Below the pieces are notes generated by a model. That model worked only from the letters and a program-made list of their open reading frames with translations. It was not told where the DNA came from and searched no databases. Shown in pieces: positions 62,238-64,000 of a stretch of 64,000 nt of DNA (position 1 is the first letter of the stretch; the number at the start of each line of letters is the position of its first letter). The position numbers and the translations under genes were made by a program. The stretch spans positions 28,026,001-28,090,000 of the forward strand of contig CM052818.1 of NCBI GenBank assembly GCA_028534125.1, written 5' to 3'. This stretch comes from Lama glama. Taxonomy: Eukaryota.

Positions 62238-64000
62238 GATAGATTTTAAGAAAAAAATCTGTCTTTCCCTCTAGTTTTGTCTTTTTTCTTATCCCTATTT
62301 GTTTCTCTAGTTAGCTTTATTCTGCAGGTCAGTATATTTGTATGGCATCTGACAAAAGATGTAATAAGAAAAATGGACATTCAGCTTGAGTTTTTAATCC
62401 CCCTCCCCTCAATTTTTTTTCCCCACCAATTTTGGTTCCCAGTCTTTGGAAAAATCATCATTACCATGAGGAGAGAGAGCATGATTTGTTCAACACGAGT
62501 TACATAACTGTTCTTTTGAACAAGAAAGAAGCATCGGTGACTGCCAGATACTAATAATGCTACCTGAATAGTTCACAAAAAGAGGGAGAAGCTTTTCTGA
62601 ACAGATAATACCAAATAAATGAAAAAATTCACTGTAGCTCATCCCTTTATTCTGCACAACACAGACACATACACACATACAAAATAACTTCACTATGTGG
62701 AAAATGTTGAACTTTCATTCCAGAAACACTGTTTTTGTGTCACTTGCATCTCTTTCAGCAAAAAAAGCACCCAAAATTCTAGAGCCAGTGGATAGGTTCT
62801 CCTCAGGGTCTGGCCTTTAATGATGACAAGGACAGCTCATTTTAAGAGCCGCCATGGATTTACCTCACTGAGGGCAGTGACAAACCTACTAGCCCAGACT
62901 CTCAGTGTGCTTCATTGAGTGTCCCCAGAACTCTCCTAAACAAATATGCAAACTTGAATTATTTTCTGTAGCTATCTTCTGTGTCATGTTACATTTCCAG
63001 TCTCAGGGAAAACAGTGATGTCCAATTTTGAAAATCCACTTGTTTCAAAAAATGTTCCTGGATTAATCAATTGATGTTGTCTAAATAGTTTATTCTCAGA
63101 AGGGAGTGTATAATGTTGCTCTTCCAGCCCCTACCAAACATACATGGAGTTTTACATCACTGAATATGAAAAAATTCTTTGAGGTCCTGTAAGAAAAAAG
63201 AATTACATGTAAATTCTGGAATTTCTATTAAGTAAAATCCCAAGAAATCTAGGTATAATGCACAGGTACAGGGTTGAGGGTGAGACATTGATCAATCATT
63301 CTTTTAATTATTTTGTGTCATAATTGGCGTTCCCTAGTCATGATGTAGACTGAATGCAACAGTAGAGAGGTAGTAATGATTTATATATGTGTGTGTATAT
63401 ATATATGACCTATTATGCTTAGAAGCAGAAACAAACAAAAAAATCTGTAAAGCATAAGGATGGGATACATTGCACGGTTAACTGTCAGATAAAATTTTGT
63501 CTCAGACTTTGCTGTCTAGCAGCCAATTTTACATTCCAGAGGTGAACTCGTCAAAAATGGATAAATTTCATGCTTCACATAAACTACAGTGATGATTTCA
63601 GAGATCTGGAGAAAAGTCATATAACATTCTGAGATACACTTAGCAGATGAGAGAAATGATATACTGACGGCATCAATTGAACTGCAAGTTGTGTGTGAAG
63701 CAGCATAAAACATTAGTTTGGAATTTGATGTGCCAAAAATATGAAATTAAATATAATAATGAATAAATCTGAGAACCGTTACATCTTAAAAGCAATCCCC
63801 ACATTTTTCAACAAGAGAAATGATAGATCAGCATGTGACTTCTTTAGAAAGAGGTAACAATATTCTTGAATTCTCAGATCTGATAGATCAGCCAATTATG
63901 TAGAGAAAAAACCTATCCAAAGCTGATCAGTTATTAAAGGAAATGATTTTCACAGTAAAAAATTAACACAGCTACATTTAACAAATTTATGTTTCCAAAA

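Noticed and set aside
62860..62880. CTCF-like motif CCTCACTGAGGGCAGTG, next to a Kozak-like GCCGCCATGG
   Set aside because: Only the right half of the CTCF core matches, and the ATG opens a very short ORF (MDLPH*).
63589..63667. Possible C/D-box snoRNA (GTGATGA at 63589; CTGA at 63629 and 63664)
   Set aside because: No convincing terminal stem and no rRNA/snRNA guide that I recognise. Such boxes are frequent by chance; an Rfam/snoscan hit would be needed.
1..64000. CRISPR array, operon, defence system or other novel multi-gene system; remaining 60-120 aa ORFs as genes
   Set aside because: The DNA is mammalian and transposon-dominated, with no regularly spaced repeat-spacer structure. The short ORFs are what AT-rich non-coding and repeat DNA produces by chance, and none is recognisable as a host protein.

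Overview
AT-rich, repeat-dense mammalian genomic DNA that reads as intergenic or deep-intronic. I recognise no protein-coding gene, RNA gene or CRISPR array, and nothing here is prokaryotic. Most of the window is layered transposon fossils: old L1M/HAL1-like LINEs, L2, MIR, MaLR (MLT1) and ERVL/ERV1 solo LTRs, MER58 and MER2 DNA elements, and a degraded ERVL integrase-dUTPase segment. Several younger 5'-truncated L1 insertions carry visible target-site duplications (TSDs). From recall, the youngest L1 3' UTR resembles the camelid (camel/alpaca) L1 family; this was not checked by search. The best-supported observations are: (i) a 500-N gap that lies inside one TSD-flanked L1 and is probably about twice the stated size; (ii) a MER2B inserted in reverse orientation into another MER2B, itself inside an MLT1 LTR; (iii) an ERVL integrase/dUTPase fossil split by a CA microsatellite; (iv) a candidate spliced exon and a few candidate enhancers. 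I found no evidence for a novel biological system. Repeat family names come from recalled consensus sequences, and the boundaries of old repeats are approximate.
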